Part shown: positions 34,027 through 41,707 of the stretch, one piece after another
Numbering within the stretch: position 1 is the stretch's first letter
Layout: every line of letters begins with the position of its first letter
The notes under the pieces: model-generated
Seen by the model: the letters and a program-made list of their open reading frames with translations, nothing else
The model's database searches: none
What the model was told of the DNA's origin: nothing
From: an uncultured Gammaproteobacteria bacterium
GTDB lineage: Bacteria; Patescibacteriota; Patescibacteriia; Patescibacteriales; UBA12465
Length of the DNA stretch: 43,205 nucleotides
Assembly (NCBI GenBank): GCA_964567015.1
Contig: CAZMKG010000003.1
Coordinates: 12,825-56,029, forward strand
Direction of reading: 5' to 3'
Translations under genes and position numbers: made by a program

Positions 34027-34055
34027 AATATACCATAATTTCAGATTAGCCGCAA
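34027..34055 (-). promoter_or_regulatory. Putative promoter (TTGCGG-17-TGgTATATT) for the small-ORF unit
   Basis: The reverse complement of 34050-34055 is TTGCGG, followed by a 17-nt spacer containing TG. The reverse complement of 34027-34032 is TATATT. Confidence 0.4.
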
Positions 34056-34201
34056 CGGGTGGTGTGGATAAATACGCTATTTTTTAGATAAATTTGCCCC
34101 CTTTTTTTATTTACAGCTTTTTGAAGTTTATGTCTTTATAGATTTATATCGATATTTATTGTATTATTAATATAGATTTTTCGAGAAATAAAACAATAAT
34201 T

Positions 34202-34633
34202 ATGGATTACAAAATTAGAGAATTGTCGCTAGATAATTTAAAAAATTCTTCATTTTTTGAGACATTATCTAACTTAAGAGAAGTCGGGGATATTAGTTTT
34301 GATTTTGCCGCTAAAATATTTGAAGATTGCGCGGCTAAAGGGATTATAACTTTAGTTGTCGAAGAAGACGGAAAAATAATCGGTACGGTGCGCCTTTTAT
34401 TCGAACAAAAATATTATCACGGTGGACGTTTGGCCGGGCATATAGAAGATGTTTCCACTCATAAAAACCATACCGGAAAAGGCGTAGCGAGCGCCCTGAT
34501 TCGGCGGGCGATAGAATTATGCCGCGAGAAGAATTGCTATAAAATAATTTTGGATTGCTCCGACGAGCTTGTCGGTTTTTATCAAAAACTCGGGTTTGAA
34601 CGTAGCGGCCATTGTCTGCGTTTTAGTATTTAA
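34202..34633 (+). CDS. GNAT acetyltransferase of the GNA1 (glucosamine-6-phosphate N-acetyltransferase) type
   Basis: 143 aa. GHIEDVSTHKNHTGKGVASALI...CYKIILDCSDELVGFYQKLGF closely parallels, as I recall it, yeast GNA1 (GHIEDIAV...QGQGLG...CYKIILDC...FYEKCGF). Confidence 0.8.
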   Translation: MDYKIRELSLDNLKNSSFFETLSNLREVGDISFDFAAKIFEDCAAKGIITLVVEEDGKIIGTVRLLFEQKYYHGGRLAGHIEDVSTHKNHTGKGVASALIRRAIELCREKNCYKIILDCSDELVGFYQKLGFERSGHCLRFSI

Positions 34634-34636
34634 AAG

Positions 34637-34665
34637 TTGGTGTTTCTACTTTAATTTGCTATAAT
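34637..34665 (+). promoter_or_regulatory. Sigma-70 promoter (TTGGTG-17-TATAAT) for the SIMPL gene
   Basis: TTGGTG at 34637-34642 and TATAAT at 34660-34665. This leaves a leader of about 100 nt. Confidence 0.5.
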
Positions 34666-34677
34666 TATAAAAAATAC

Positions 34678-34716
34678 ATGTTACTTTTGGCGATTGTCGC
34701 CGTTATATATTTATAG
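34678..34716 (+). other. 12-codon leader ORF (MLLLAIVAVIYL) that duplicates part of the downstream signal-anchor coding sequence
   Basis: The 17-nt exact match GCGATTGTCGCCGTTAT occurs at 34690-34706 and 34829-34845. Both copies are in frame with an ATG and encode AIVAVI. Confidence 0.3.
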
Positions 34717-34771
34717 GTAAGTATTTATAAAATTATTAACTAGATAAACATTATTAACTAAACAAAAAAGT

Positions 34772-35512
34772 ATGAAAAAATCTTACGTTTTTCTCATCAG
34801 CCTCGGCGTTTTGGCCATTGCCGCCGTTGCGATTGTCGCCGTTATTATGGCCGACAAAATCAATACGCAGGATCGCTTCTCGGTTTCCGGTTCCGGCACG
34901 GTCTATGCTAAAGCCGATATCGCCAATATCCAAGTCGGCCTAAGAACGGGAACGAAAAAAACAGCCGCCGATGCGACAATCGACAGTACAAATAAAATGA
35001 ATGATATAATCGCCGAACTTAAAAATTTAGGCATTGAAGAAAAAGACATTAAAACTTCGAATTATAATTTGAGCCCGGTTTATAATTATACTAGTAGCCG
35101 CGGACAGGAATTAATCGGTTATGAAGTGAGTCAAAATGTTTCTTTAAAGATTAGAGATTTAAGTAAAATCGGTGATGTTATCGCTAAGACTACCGAGAAA
35201 GGCGCCAATCAGATTGGCAACATTAGCTTTACCATTGACGACGAGTATGAATTGAAGAATCAGGCGAGAGAATTAGCGATTGAAAAAGCTAAAGAAAAAG
35301 CGGCTTTAATTGCTGAGCAATCTGGTATGAAACTCGGTGAAATCAAGAGTGTTTACGAAAATTCCAATGATGCGGAAATGGTTATGTATAATAGTTATTC
35401 AAATGCCAAGGTAATGTTGGACTACGCTGGAGCCGGTATTGCCAGCCCGACAATCCAATCGGGACAAAATGAAGTTAAAGTGGAAGTTACCTTAACTTAC
35501 GAAGTGAAATAA
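34772..35512 (+). CDS. SIMPL/DUF541 domain protein (periplasmic immunogenic protein-like), N-terminally anchored
   Basis: 246 aa with an N-terminal TM/signal anchor and a two-lobed SIMPL-like layout (SGSGTVYAKADIANIQVGL ... NEVKVEVTLTYEV). Confidence 0.85.
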   Translation: MKKSYVFLISLGVLAIAAVAIVAVIMADKINTQDRFSVSGSGTVYAKADIANIQVGLRTGTKKTAADATIDSTNKMNDIIAELKNLGIEEKDIKTSNYNLSPVYNYTSSRGQELIGYEVSQNVSLKIRDLSKIGDVIAKTTEKGANQIGNISFTIDDEYELKNQARELAIEKAKEKAALIAEQSGMKLGEIKSVYENSNDAEMVMYNSYSNAKVMLDYAGAGIASPTIQSGQNEVKVEVTLTYEVK

Positions 35513-35530
35513 TATAAACTGACAAAAAAT

Positions 35531-35560
35531 AAAAAGACCGGCTATCTGGCCGGTCTTTTT
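35531..35560. terminator. Bidirectional terminator between the SIMPL gene and greA
   Basis: AGACCGGC-TATCTG-GCCGGTCT forms a perfect 8-bp stem flanked by an A-run and a T-run. The T-run overlaps the greA stop codon. Confidence 0.85.
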
Positions 35561-36056
35561 AAGAAATTTCGATAATTTTAAGTTCTTTCTTTCGCCCGTT
35601 TAAATCTATTTCGACCGTTTCGCCGATTTTACGTCCGAGGAGAGCGGCGCCGATAGGCGAGTTATGGGAAATAATTCCAGCAGTCGGATCGGTTTCTGTT
35701 CCGCCGAGAATAGTATAGGTTTTTTGTCGACCGCCGTCATCGACAATGACTTTGTGGCCGAGACCGACAGTTTCTTTATCGGCGTTCGGACGGAATATAA
35801 CCGCTGTCTTTAGGTGTGCTTCTAATTCCAGAATTCTTTGGTTTAAACCGCGGAGTTTCCATTTTGCGTCTTGGTAGCCGGCATTTTCCGAAAAATCGCC
35901 CATTTCCGCCAAACGCTTGACTTCGGCCGATAAGCGCGGATGGGAAGCTTTCATTCGCTCCAGTTTGTTTTTGAGCTCGATAAACTTGGTCTCGGTCAAA
36001 TACGGATCGGGCTTCGGCTTTACATAAGTTTCTTTGCGGCGATAAGGGGTTTGCAT
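35559..36056 (-). CDS. greA: Transcription elongation factor GreA
   Basis: 165 aa with a coiled-coil N-terminal domain carrying GDFSENAGYQDAK and a C-terminal FKBP-like domain. Confidence 0.95.
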   Translation of the reverse strand: MQTPYRRKETYVKPKPDPYLTETKFIELKNKLERMKASHPRLSAEVKRLAEMGDFSENAGYQDAKWKLRGLNQRILELEAHLKTAVIFRPNADKETVGLGHKVIVDDGGRQKTYTILGGTETDPTAGIISHNSPIGAALLGRKIGETVEIDLNGRKKELKIIEIS

Positions 36057-36064
36057 ATATAGTT

Positions 36065-36093
36065 ATTATAAGAGTTATGCCCGAAGAGGTCAA
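36065..36093 (-). promoter_or_regulatory. Near-consensus promoter of greA (TTGACC-17-TATAAT), 8 nt from the ATG
   Basis: The reverse complement of 36088-36093 is TTGACC, followed by a 17-nt spacer. The reverse complement of 36065-36070 is TATAAT. AACTATAT then precedes the ATG at 36056. Confidence 0.7.
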
Positions 36094-36268
36094 AGATGAG
36101 AAATTTGTGTCTTTTCAGCCATTTTTTGGCTATTTTTTAGTCTTGATTTTTTTTAAAAACAGAGGTAATATAAAATATAAAAAAATTAAGTTATTTAACA
36201 ATTTAAAATCCTAGAAAAGGCTGGGAATTTTTAGTATATTGAGTATTCACCAATTAAAAAAATAAAAA

Positions 36269-37771
36269 ATGAAGAAAAAGTTAGAGCCGGGTAATAATCT
36301 TTCAGTCCTAAAAAATGGTCAAGGGCAAAAAACAACAATCCCTAAACCATTACCCGAAACAGCAGTGATAAAAACGATTTTTGATGAAAAAACCGGTAGA
36401 AATATTATTGTCGTCGACACAAACGTTCTAATTGAAGATTATGATTCAATTAATGAACTTCGCCGTGGCGGCAATCTATTAGTCTTGCCGTTAACAGTTA
36501 TCAACGAGCTTGATAAACTTAAGAACGATTTGCGTCTTTGCCAAGATGTGAGAAAGGTGATTAGAGAAATTGACCGCCTGCAAGAGAATGAAGATCCGGG
36601 CTTAATAATCGAATCGGGTATGAATTTTTCTAAGTTAAACTTTGATCGGTCTAAACCGGATCATAAAATAATCGCTTGCCTTAATTATGTTTATCTATCG
36701 TTTATTAATCGAAAATCGCCTTATAGCGGTTACGATAAGGTAAAGATGATTACTAACGATCTTGGAGTTAAGATTCTGGCTCGAAGTTTAAACAAAAAGT
36801 ACCAGATTTCAGTCGAGCAGTATAAAAAAACAAGAACCAAGATTGAAAAAGCAGATTTAGAGATTCCGATGTTTTTTATTTCGAAAGAAAAAGTTAGTGG
36901 CGATTGGAGAAAAAGAACAACTTTCTTCTCGGCAAATGGGTTGTTGAATAAAGTTTTTGACGGCTCCCCGATTATTGGTTATACCGATAAGAAAAATGCC
37001 AAAAAAGGAGAATTCGCGGCTATCAGGCGCGGTGATGTTTTTGAAATTATTAACCCTGATATTGAGTCTTGCGGGGTGAAGCCAAAGAGCAAAAACGCAG
37101 ATGATCGCCATAATTGGGAGCAGGCAATCGCTCTTTATTACACGCTTAATCCGGTTTTTGATTGTGTATTTCTTCAAGGTAGCGCCGGATCAGGAAAAAC
37201 TTTCATCGCGATTGCCGCGGCCTTGGAACAAAGGCAAAAGAAAATGTATTCAAAGGTAATGATTTTCCGAGTCCCCGAACCGGTGGATAGGAAAAAGACC
37301 CTCGGATTGCTTCCGGGAGATGCCGGCGCTAAAATTGGTCTCTATACGAGACCGATTGCACAAACGCTAAATAAATTAAAACCGCAGGGATATGGGGATA
37401 ATTCAAAATCGAAGAATAAAAATTCAAACCTTGAGGTTCATGTCGATGAAATTTTTGAGAAGAACGGGTTTGAGATTGCGGTTTTGGAATATGTCAGGGG
37501 TGAAACGATAGATGGCGCGTTTATTATTATCGATGACGCCCAAAATCTTTCGCAACACGAAGTGAAAACGCTTATCACTCGCATCGGCGAGGGGTCAAAG
37601 ATCGTCTTCACCGGCGACCTGGCGCAGATTGACAGCCCATATCTTGACGAAAATTCGTCCGGATTGGCTCATGCAATTAAAAAAATGAATAACGATCCTC
37701 ATGTGGGGGTTGTTACTTTAACACAAACGCTAAGAAGCCGAATAGCTTCTTTAGCTGAAAAAGTTCTATAA
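36269..37771 (+). CDS. PIN domain - PhoH-like ATPase fusion (YlaK-type)
   Basis: N-terminal PIN domain (IVVDTNVLIED ... LPLTVINELDKLK). C-terminal PhoH P-loop with GSAGSGKT (Walker A) and FIIIDDAQNL (Walker B). Confidence 0.9.
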   Translation: MKKKLEPGNNLSVLKNGQGQKTTIPKPLPETAVIKTIFDEKTGRNIIVVDTNVLIEDYDSINELRRGGNLLVLPLTVINELDKLKNDLRLCQDVRKVIREIDRLQENEDPGLIIESGMNFSKLNFDRSKPDHKIIACLNYVYLSFINRKSPYSGYDKVKMITNDLGVKILARSLNKKYQISVEQYKKTRTKIEKADLEIPMFFISKEKVSGDWRKRTTFFSANGLLNKVFDGSPIIGYTDKKNAKKGEFAAIRRGDVFEIINPDIESCGVKPKSKNADDRHNWEQAIALYYTLNPVFDCVFLQGSAGSGKTFIAIAAALEQRQKKMYSKVMIFRVPEPVDRKKTLGLLPGDAGAKIGLYTRPIAQTLNKLKPQGYGDNSKSKNKNSNLEVHVDEIFEKNGFEIAVLEYVRGETIDGAFIIIDDAQNLSQHEVKTLITRIGEGSKIVFTGDLAQIDSPYLDENSSGLAHAIKKMNNDPHVGVVTLTQTLRSRIASLAEKVL

Positions 37772-37808
37772 TTAATTTGTAAGAATAGCTTATTAGGTTA
37801 ATTATAAA

Positions 37809-37841
37809 GAAAGGGCGGATGTAAAACATCGGCCCTTTTAT
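37809..37841 (+). terminator. Intrinsic terminator after the PIN-PhoH gene
   Basis: AAGGGCGGATG-TAAAA-CATCGGCCCTT forms an 11-bp stem with one mismatch, followed by TTTA. Confidence 0.7.
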
Positions 37842-37851
37842 TATACTCTAA

Positions 37852-37881
37852 TTGACAAAATTTAGTTTAGGAGCTTAAATA
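37852..37881 (+). promoter_or_regulatory. Putative promoter of the exporter operon (TTGACA-18-TAAATA)
   Basis: TTGACA at 37852-37857 and TAAATA at 37876-37881. Confidence 0.4.
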
Positions 37882-37912
37882 ATAATTAATGTTTTATTAA
37901 CTATATTTAAAT

Positions 37913-39673
37913 TTGCCATTTATGAGCATGCAAAAATTTTTTACAAAAAAGAGGATTATCCGGACGATAATTATCTTATTAATCGCCGCCGGAGTCTGGT
38001 ATTTTATCTCTAAACCGAAAGATGTTTCAAATATCCAAACAGCCGTCGTCGCGCGGCAGAATCTCGAGCAGTCGGTCCTGACAACCGGGCAAGTTGTAAG
38101 CGAAACTGATCTTGATTTAAGCTTTCAAACCGGCGGAATGGTCGCGCAGATTCTGGTTGAAACCGGAGACCAGGTTAAAGCCGGCGATACTTTAGCTATT
38201 TTAAGCCAGGCTAACGCCAGAGCCGCTTTAACGAGCGCTAACGGCCAATTAGCCCAGGCGCGAGCTAATTATAATAAAGTTCTGGCCGGCGCCACCGCCG
38301 AGCAGATTAATGTTTCTCAAAAAGCGGTCGATTCGGCGAAAGTCGCTTATGATAATGCCGTGAGCCAATTAGCTAATGTCGAGGCCTCAACCGCCACTGC
38401 CATTAGCCAGGCGCAAACGACCTTGGATGATCTTAAGTCGCCGACCACAACCGCCGATAATAAGCGTTCCGCTATTGTCGTGACGATTGCCAACCAATTA
38501 GTCTCCGTCAAATCAAATCTTGATAAAGAAAAACAGATTTTAGACGATGAAAATCTTAAGGGTTCGTTCGGCGCGACCGATTCGACCAGCTTGATTAATT
38601 TTAAGAATGCCAACAGCCAAGTTCAGGCTTTGCTGGATAAGGCTAACGCCAGCTTGGCGGTTGCCCAGTCTTATAAGAGCGACTTTAATATTTCACAGGC
38701 ATTAAACGACGCTTTAGCCGCTTTAAATCAGGATGTTCAGTCTTTAAATTATTGCTATACCGCTCTTCAAAATTCGGTTGTAAGTTCAAAATTCAGTCAG
38801 ACGCAAATGGATTCTTATAAGGCGACAATCAGCGCGGCTTTATCCGGCGAGAATTCCGGCATTACCGCCATTAAATCCTCGAACCAAGCTTTAACGGACG
38901 CGCTTACAGCCGCGACGAATGCGGTGGCAAACGCTAAATTATCGGCGACTTCGCAAATTACGACCGCGAAAAATCAGATAAATAGCGCGAAAGCGTCTTG
39001 GCAGCAAGCGGAAGCGACTTTAGCCCAGCAAAAAGCGAAAGCTCAGCCGGCGGATATTGAAGTGGCTCGCGCTCAGCTTTTATCCGCTCAGGGTTCGGTC
39101 GAAGCGGCGCAAAGCGCTTTTGACAATACGATATTAAAAGCGCCGGCAGACGGAACGATTACTAAAATTGATACGAAAGTCGGACAGCAGGCGATAGCTA
39201 TGCAATCGGTTGTCGTTTTGCAAAACGTTAATGCTTTGCGCGCCGAATCATATGTGAGCGAAGCCAATGTCGCTTCTTTGAAAGTCGGCCAAACGATTGA
39301 TTATACTTTCGACGCTCTCGGTCCGGATAAACATTTTAACGGGCAGATTTTGACCGTCGATCCGGCTTCGACCGTGATTTCCGGAGTGGTTAATTATTTA
39401 GTTAAAGCCAGTCTGCCGAATGTCCCCGAAATCAAACCGGGCATGACCGTTAATATGACTGTCTTTGTAAATTCGCGCGCCGACGCTTTGGCTGTCCCCA
39501 GCAGCGCGATTATCAATCAAAACGGAGAAAAGTTTGTCCGCATAATCGATAATCCGGCAACTAAAACATATCATCAATCAAAAGTCTCGACCGGCTTGCA
39601 AGCCGACGGCGGTTTAGTGGAGATTTTAGACGGTTTAAACGGCGGCGAAGAGATAGTGACGCTTATCAAGTAG
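37913..39673 (+). CDS. HlyD/MacA-type membrane-fusion (periplasmic adaptor) protein with an unusually long coiled-coil hairpin
   Basis: 586 aa with an N-terminal TM helix, lipoyl-like halves (VKAGDTLAIL ... APADGTITKIDTKVGQ) and a roughly 300-aa Ala/Gln/Ser-rich helical insert. The track start is TTG 37913; an in-frame ATG lies at 37922. Confidence 0.85.
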   Translation: MPFMSMQKFFTKKRIIRTIIILLIAAGVWYFISKPKDVSNIQTAVVARQNLEQSVLTTGQVVSETDLDLSFQTGGMVAQILVETGDQVKAGDTLAILSQANARAALTSANGQLAQARANYNKVLAGATAEQINVSQKAVDSAKVAYDNAVSQLANVEASTATAISQAQTTLDDLKSPTTTADNKRSAIVVTIANQLVSVKSNLDKEKQILDDENLKGSFGATDSTSLINFKNANSQVQALLDKANASLAVAQSYKSDFNISQALNDALAALNQDVQSLNYCYTALQNSVVSSKFSQTQMDSYKATISAALSGENSGITAIKSSNQALTDALTAATNAVANAKLSATSQITTAKNQINSAKASWQQAEATLAQQKAKAQPADIEVARAQLLSAQGSVEAAQSAFDNTILKAPADGTITKIDTKVGQQAIAMQSVVVLQNVNALRAESYVSEANVASLKVGQTIDYTFDALGPDKHFNGQILTVDPASTVISGVVNYLVKASLPNVPEIKPGMTVNMTVFVNSRADALAVPSSAIINQNGEKFVRIIDNPATKTYHQSKVSTGLQADGGLVEILDGLNGGEEIVTLIK

Positions 39674-39709
39674 TCTTTTTTATCAATCTTTTTTCTTAAA
39701 TTATCTTTT

Positions 39710-40426
39710 ATGAATTTGATAAATGTAAAAAATCTAAAGAAAGATTATGTTACGGGAGATATAGTGACTCCGGTTTTAAAAGACATAAGCTTTAAGATTG
39801 ATCAAGGCGAGTTCGTGGCGATTATGGGTCCGTCGGGAAGCGGGAAGTCGACCTTAATGCATATTCTTAGTTTTCTCGATCGCGCCACTTCCGGCGTTTA
39901 TGAATTCAAAGGGAAAAACATTGAAGATTTTGACGATAATTATCTAGCCAGTCTTCGCAACGAAGAAATCGGTTTTGTTTTTCAATCCTTTAATTTACTG
40001 ACCAGAACCACGGTTTTGGACAATGTAAAATTACCCCTGATTTACAGCAAGAAAAAGAATCATGACGAACTGGCGAAGAAATCATTGGAAGCTGTCGGCT
40101 TGTCGCATCGTTTAAGTTACTATACTAATCAGATTTCCGGCGGCGAAAAACAACGCGTGGCAATCGCGCGCGCGCTTGTTTGCGATCCGGCGGTTATTTT
40201 TGCCGATGAACCGACCGGCAATCTTGATTCAAAATCCGGCAACACGGTTATGTTCCTTCTGCAAAAATTAAATGATGAAGGACGAACGATAATTTTAGTC
40301 ACGCACGAAACCGATACCGCCAACCACGCGAAAAGAATTATTAGAATCAAAGACGGAAATATTCTCTCGGATGAGCCGGTAAATAATCGGACGATTGCGG
40401 AGGCGGATAAAGATTTGGCCAAATAA
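39710..40426 (+). CDS. MacB/LolD-type ABC transporter ATP-binding protein
   Basis: 238 aa with GPSGSGKST, ISGGEKQRVAIARAL and ADEPTGNLD motifs. Confidence 0.95.
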   Translation: MNLINVKNLKKDYVTGDIVTPVLKDISFKIDQGEFVAIMGPSGSGKSTLMHILSFLDRATSGVYEFKGKNIEDFDDNYLASLRNEEIGFVFQSFNLLTRTTVLDNVKLPLIYSKKKNHDELAKKSLEAVGLSHRLSYYTNQISGGEKQRVAIARALVCDPAVIFADEPTGNLDSKSGNTVMFLLQKLNDEGRTIILVTHETDTANHAKRIIRIKDGNILSDEPVNNRTIAEADKDLAK

Positions 40427-40439
40427 TTTTTTAAAATTT

Positions 40440-41705
40440 GTGAAGTCATTTTCCGTGATAAAATTAGTGACCAAAAATCTGCTGGCTCGCAAGGGGCGGA
40501 CGTTTTTAACTATTTTAGGAATCACTATCGGCGTGGCCGGCGTGATTATTATCATGTCGCTCGGCGCCGGCGCCCAGAGTTTGATTTTAGGCCAAGTGAC
40601 TAAATTAGGCAGCAATCTTCTGGCTATCCAACCGAGCAAAGCGGCCGATAACGGCGCGCCGATTCCCGGGTTGGTGATTACCAGCTTGACCCATGACGAT
40701 GCGGTCGCTTTGCGCAATCCTAATCAGATGCCTTATGCGGTCGCGGTCAATGCGGCCGTTCAAGGTTCGGCCGCGATAACCTGGGGCAGTAAGACGGAGG
40801 ATGTGACTTTTGTCGGCACCGATGACGATTATACGAAAGTCACCGAATTTACGATGTCTTTGGGACAGTTTTTCACACCCGCCGAGAATACCGGCGGCGC
40901 GAATGTTGTCGTTCTCGGTTCAAAAATCAGCGAAACTCTTTTTGGCGATTCGGGGACAAATCCGATCGGGCAGGTAGTCAAAGTAAAAAGCGCATTAGCC
41001 GATAAAGCCGGCGGCGTGCCGCTTCGCGTTATTGGCGTTATCGCCTCCCGCGGCAGCTCTTTATTCCAGGATTCCGATAATATGATTTTTATGCCTCTTT
41101 TGATCGGACAGCAACAGGTTTTAGGCATCCACCACTTGCAGGTAATTTCCGTTAAAGTCGATGACGCTTCGCATGTCGATTCGGCTATCGCCTCAATTAA
41201 TTCTATTTTAAAACAACGCCACCATATCCAAAACGACGTGGATATCGATTTTACAATCCGTAATCAAGCCGATACCATCAAAATGTTGTCGACGATTACC
41301 AACGCTCTCAGCCTGTTTTTGGCGGCGATGGCGGCGATTTCTTTGGTGGTCGGCGGCATCGGGATATTGAATATCATGATGATGACCGTGGCGGAAAGGA
41401 CGCGCGAAATCGGTTTAAGAAAAGCGGTTGGAGCGACCAATAAAGCGGTTCGAAATCAGTTTTTGCTCGAAGCGGTTTTGCTTACGAGCTTGGGAGGATT
41501 TATCGGCATTATTTTCGGCGTCCTTATTTCTTATCTCATATCTTTGCTAATGAACTATCTCGGTTATGAATGGGCTTTTATCGTTTCCTGGTTTTCGATA
41601 TTGATTTCGGTCGGCGTTTCTATCATGACGGGAATAGTCTTCGGCCTTTTTCCGGCCATTAAAGCGTCCAAGCTCGATCCGATTAACGCTTTGCGCTACG
41701 AATAA
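40440..41705 (+). CDS. MacB/FtsX-type ABC transporter permease 1
   Basis: TM1, a large extracytoplasmic domain, then three C-terminal TM helices (FtsX fold). I prefer the GTG start at 40440, because the track start at 40395 overlaps the ATPase gene by 32 nt. Confidence 0.85.
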   Translation: MKSFSVIKLVTKNLLARKGRTFLTILGITIGVAGVIIIMSLGAGAQSLILGQVTKLGSNLLAIQPSKAADNGAPIPGLVITSLTHDDAVALRNPNQMPYAVAVNAAVQGSAAITWGSKTEDVTFVGTDDDYTKVTEFTMSLGQFFTPAENTGGANVVVLGSKISETLFGDSGTNPIGQVVKVKSALADKAGGVPLRVIGVIASRGSSLFQDSDNMIFMPLLIGQQQVLGIHHLQVISVKVDDASHVDSAIASINSILKQRHHIQNDVDIDFTIRNQADTIKMLSTITNALSLFLAAMAAISLVVGGIGILNIMMMTVAERTREIGLRKAVGATNKAVRNQFLLEAVLLTSLGGFIGIIFGVLISYLISLLMNYLGYEWAFIVSWFSILISVGVSIMTGIVFGLFPAIKASKLDPINALRYE

Positions 41706-41707
41706 TT

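Noticed and set aside
33685-34201. A known structured RNA (SRP RNA, 6S, RNase P, tmRNA) in the largest intergenic gap
   Set aside because: I could not find the conserved SRP domain IV motif, RNase P P4 sequences or a tRNA-like end. The region is better explained as a small-ORF unit, although an Infernal scan is needed to be sure.
36100-36180. Weak hairpin AGCCA-TTTTT-TGGCT plus a T-run in the greA / PIN-PhoH divergent region, as a possible independent small transcript
   Set aside because: The stem is only 5 bp and lies in very AT-rich sequence between two divergent promoters, with no associated promoter or ORF. It is most likely fortuitous.
40395-40439. Upstream ATG start for permease 1, overlapping the ATPase gene
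   Set aside because: The first 15 codons (MRRRIKIWPNNFLKF) overlap the macB-like 3' end. The GTG at 40440 gives the usual short cytoplasmic tail before TM1. This remains uncertain, and the ATG cannot be fully excluded.
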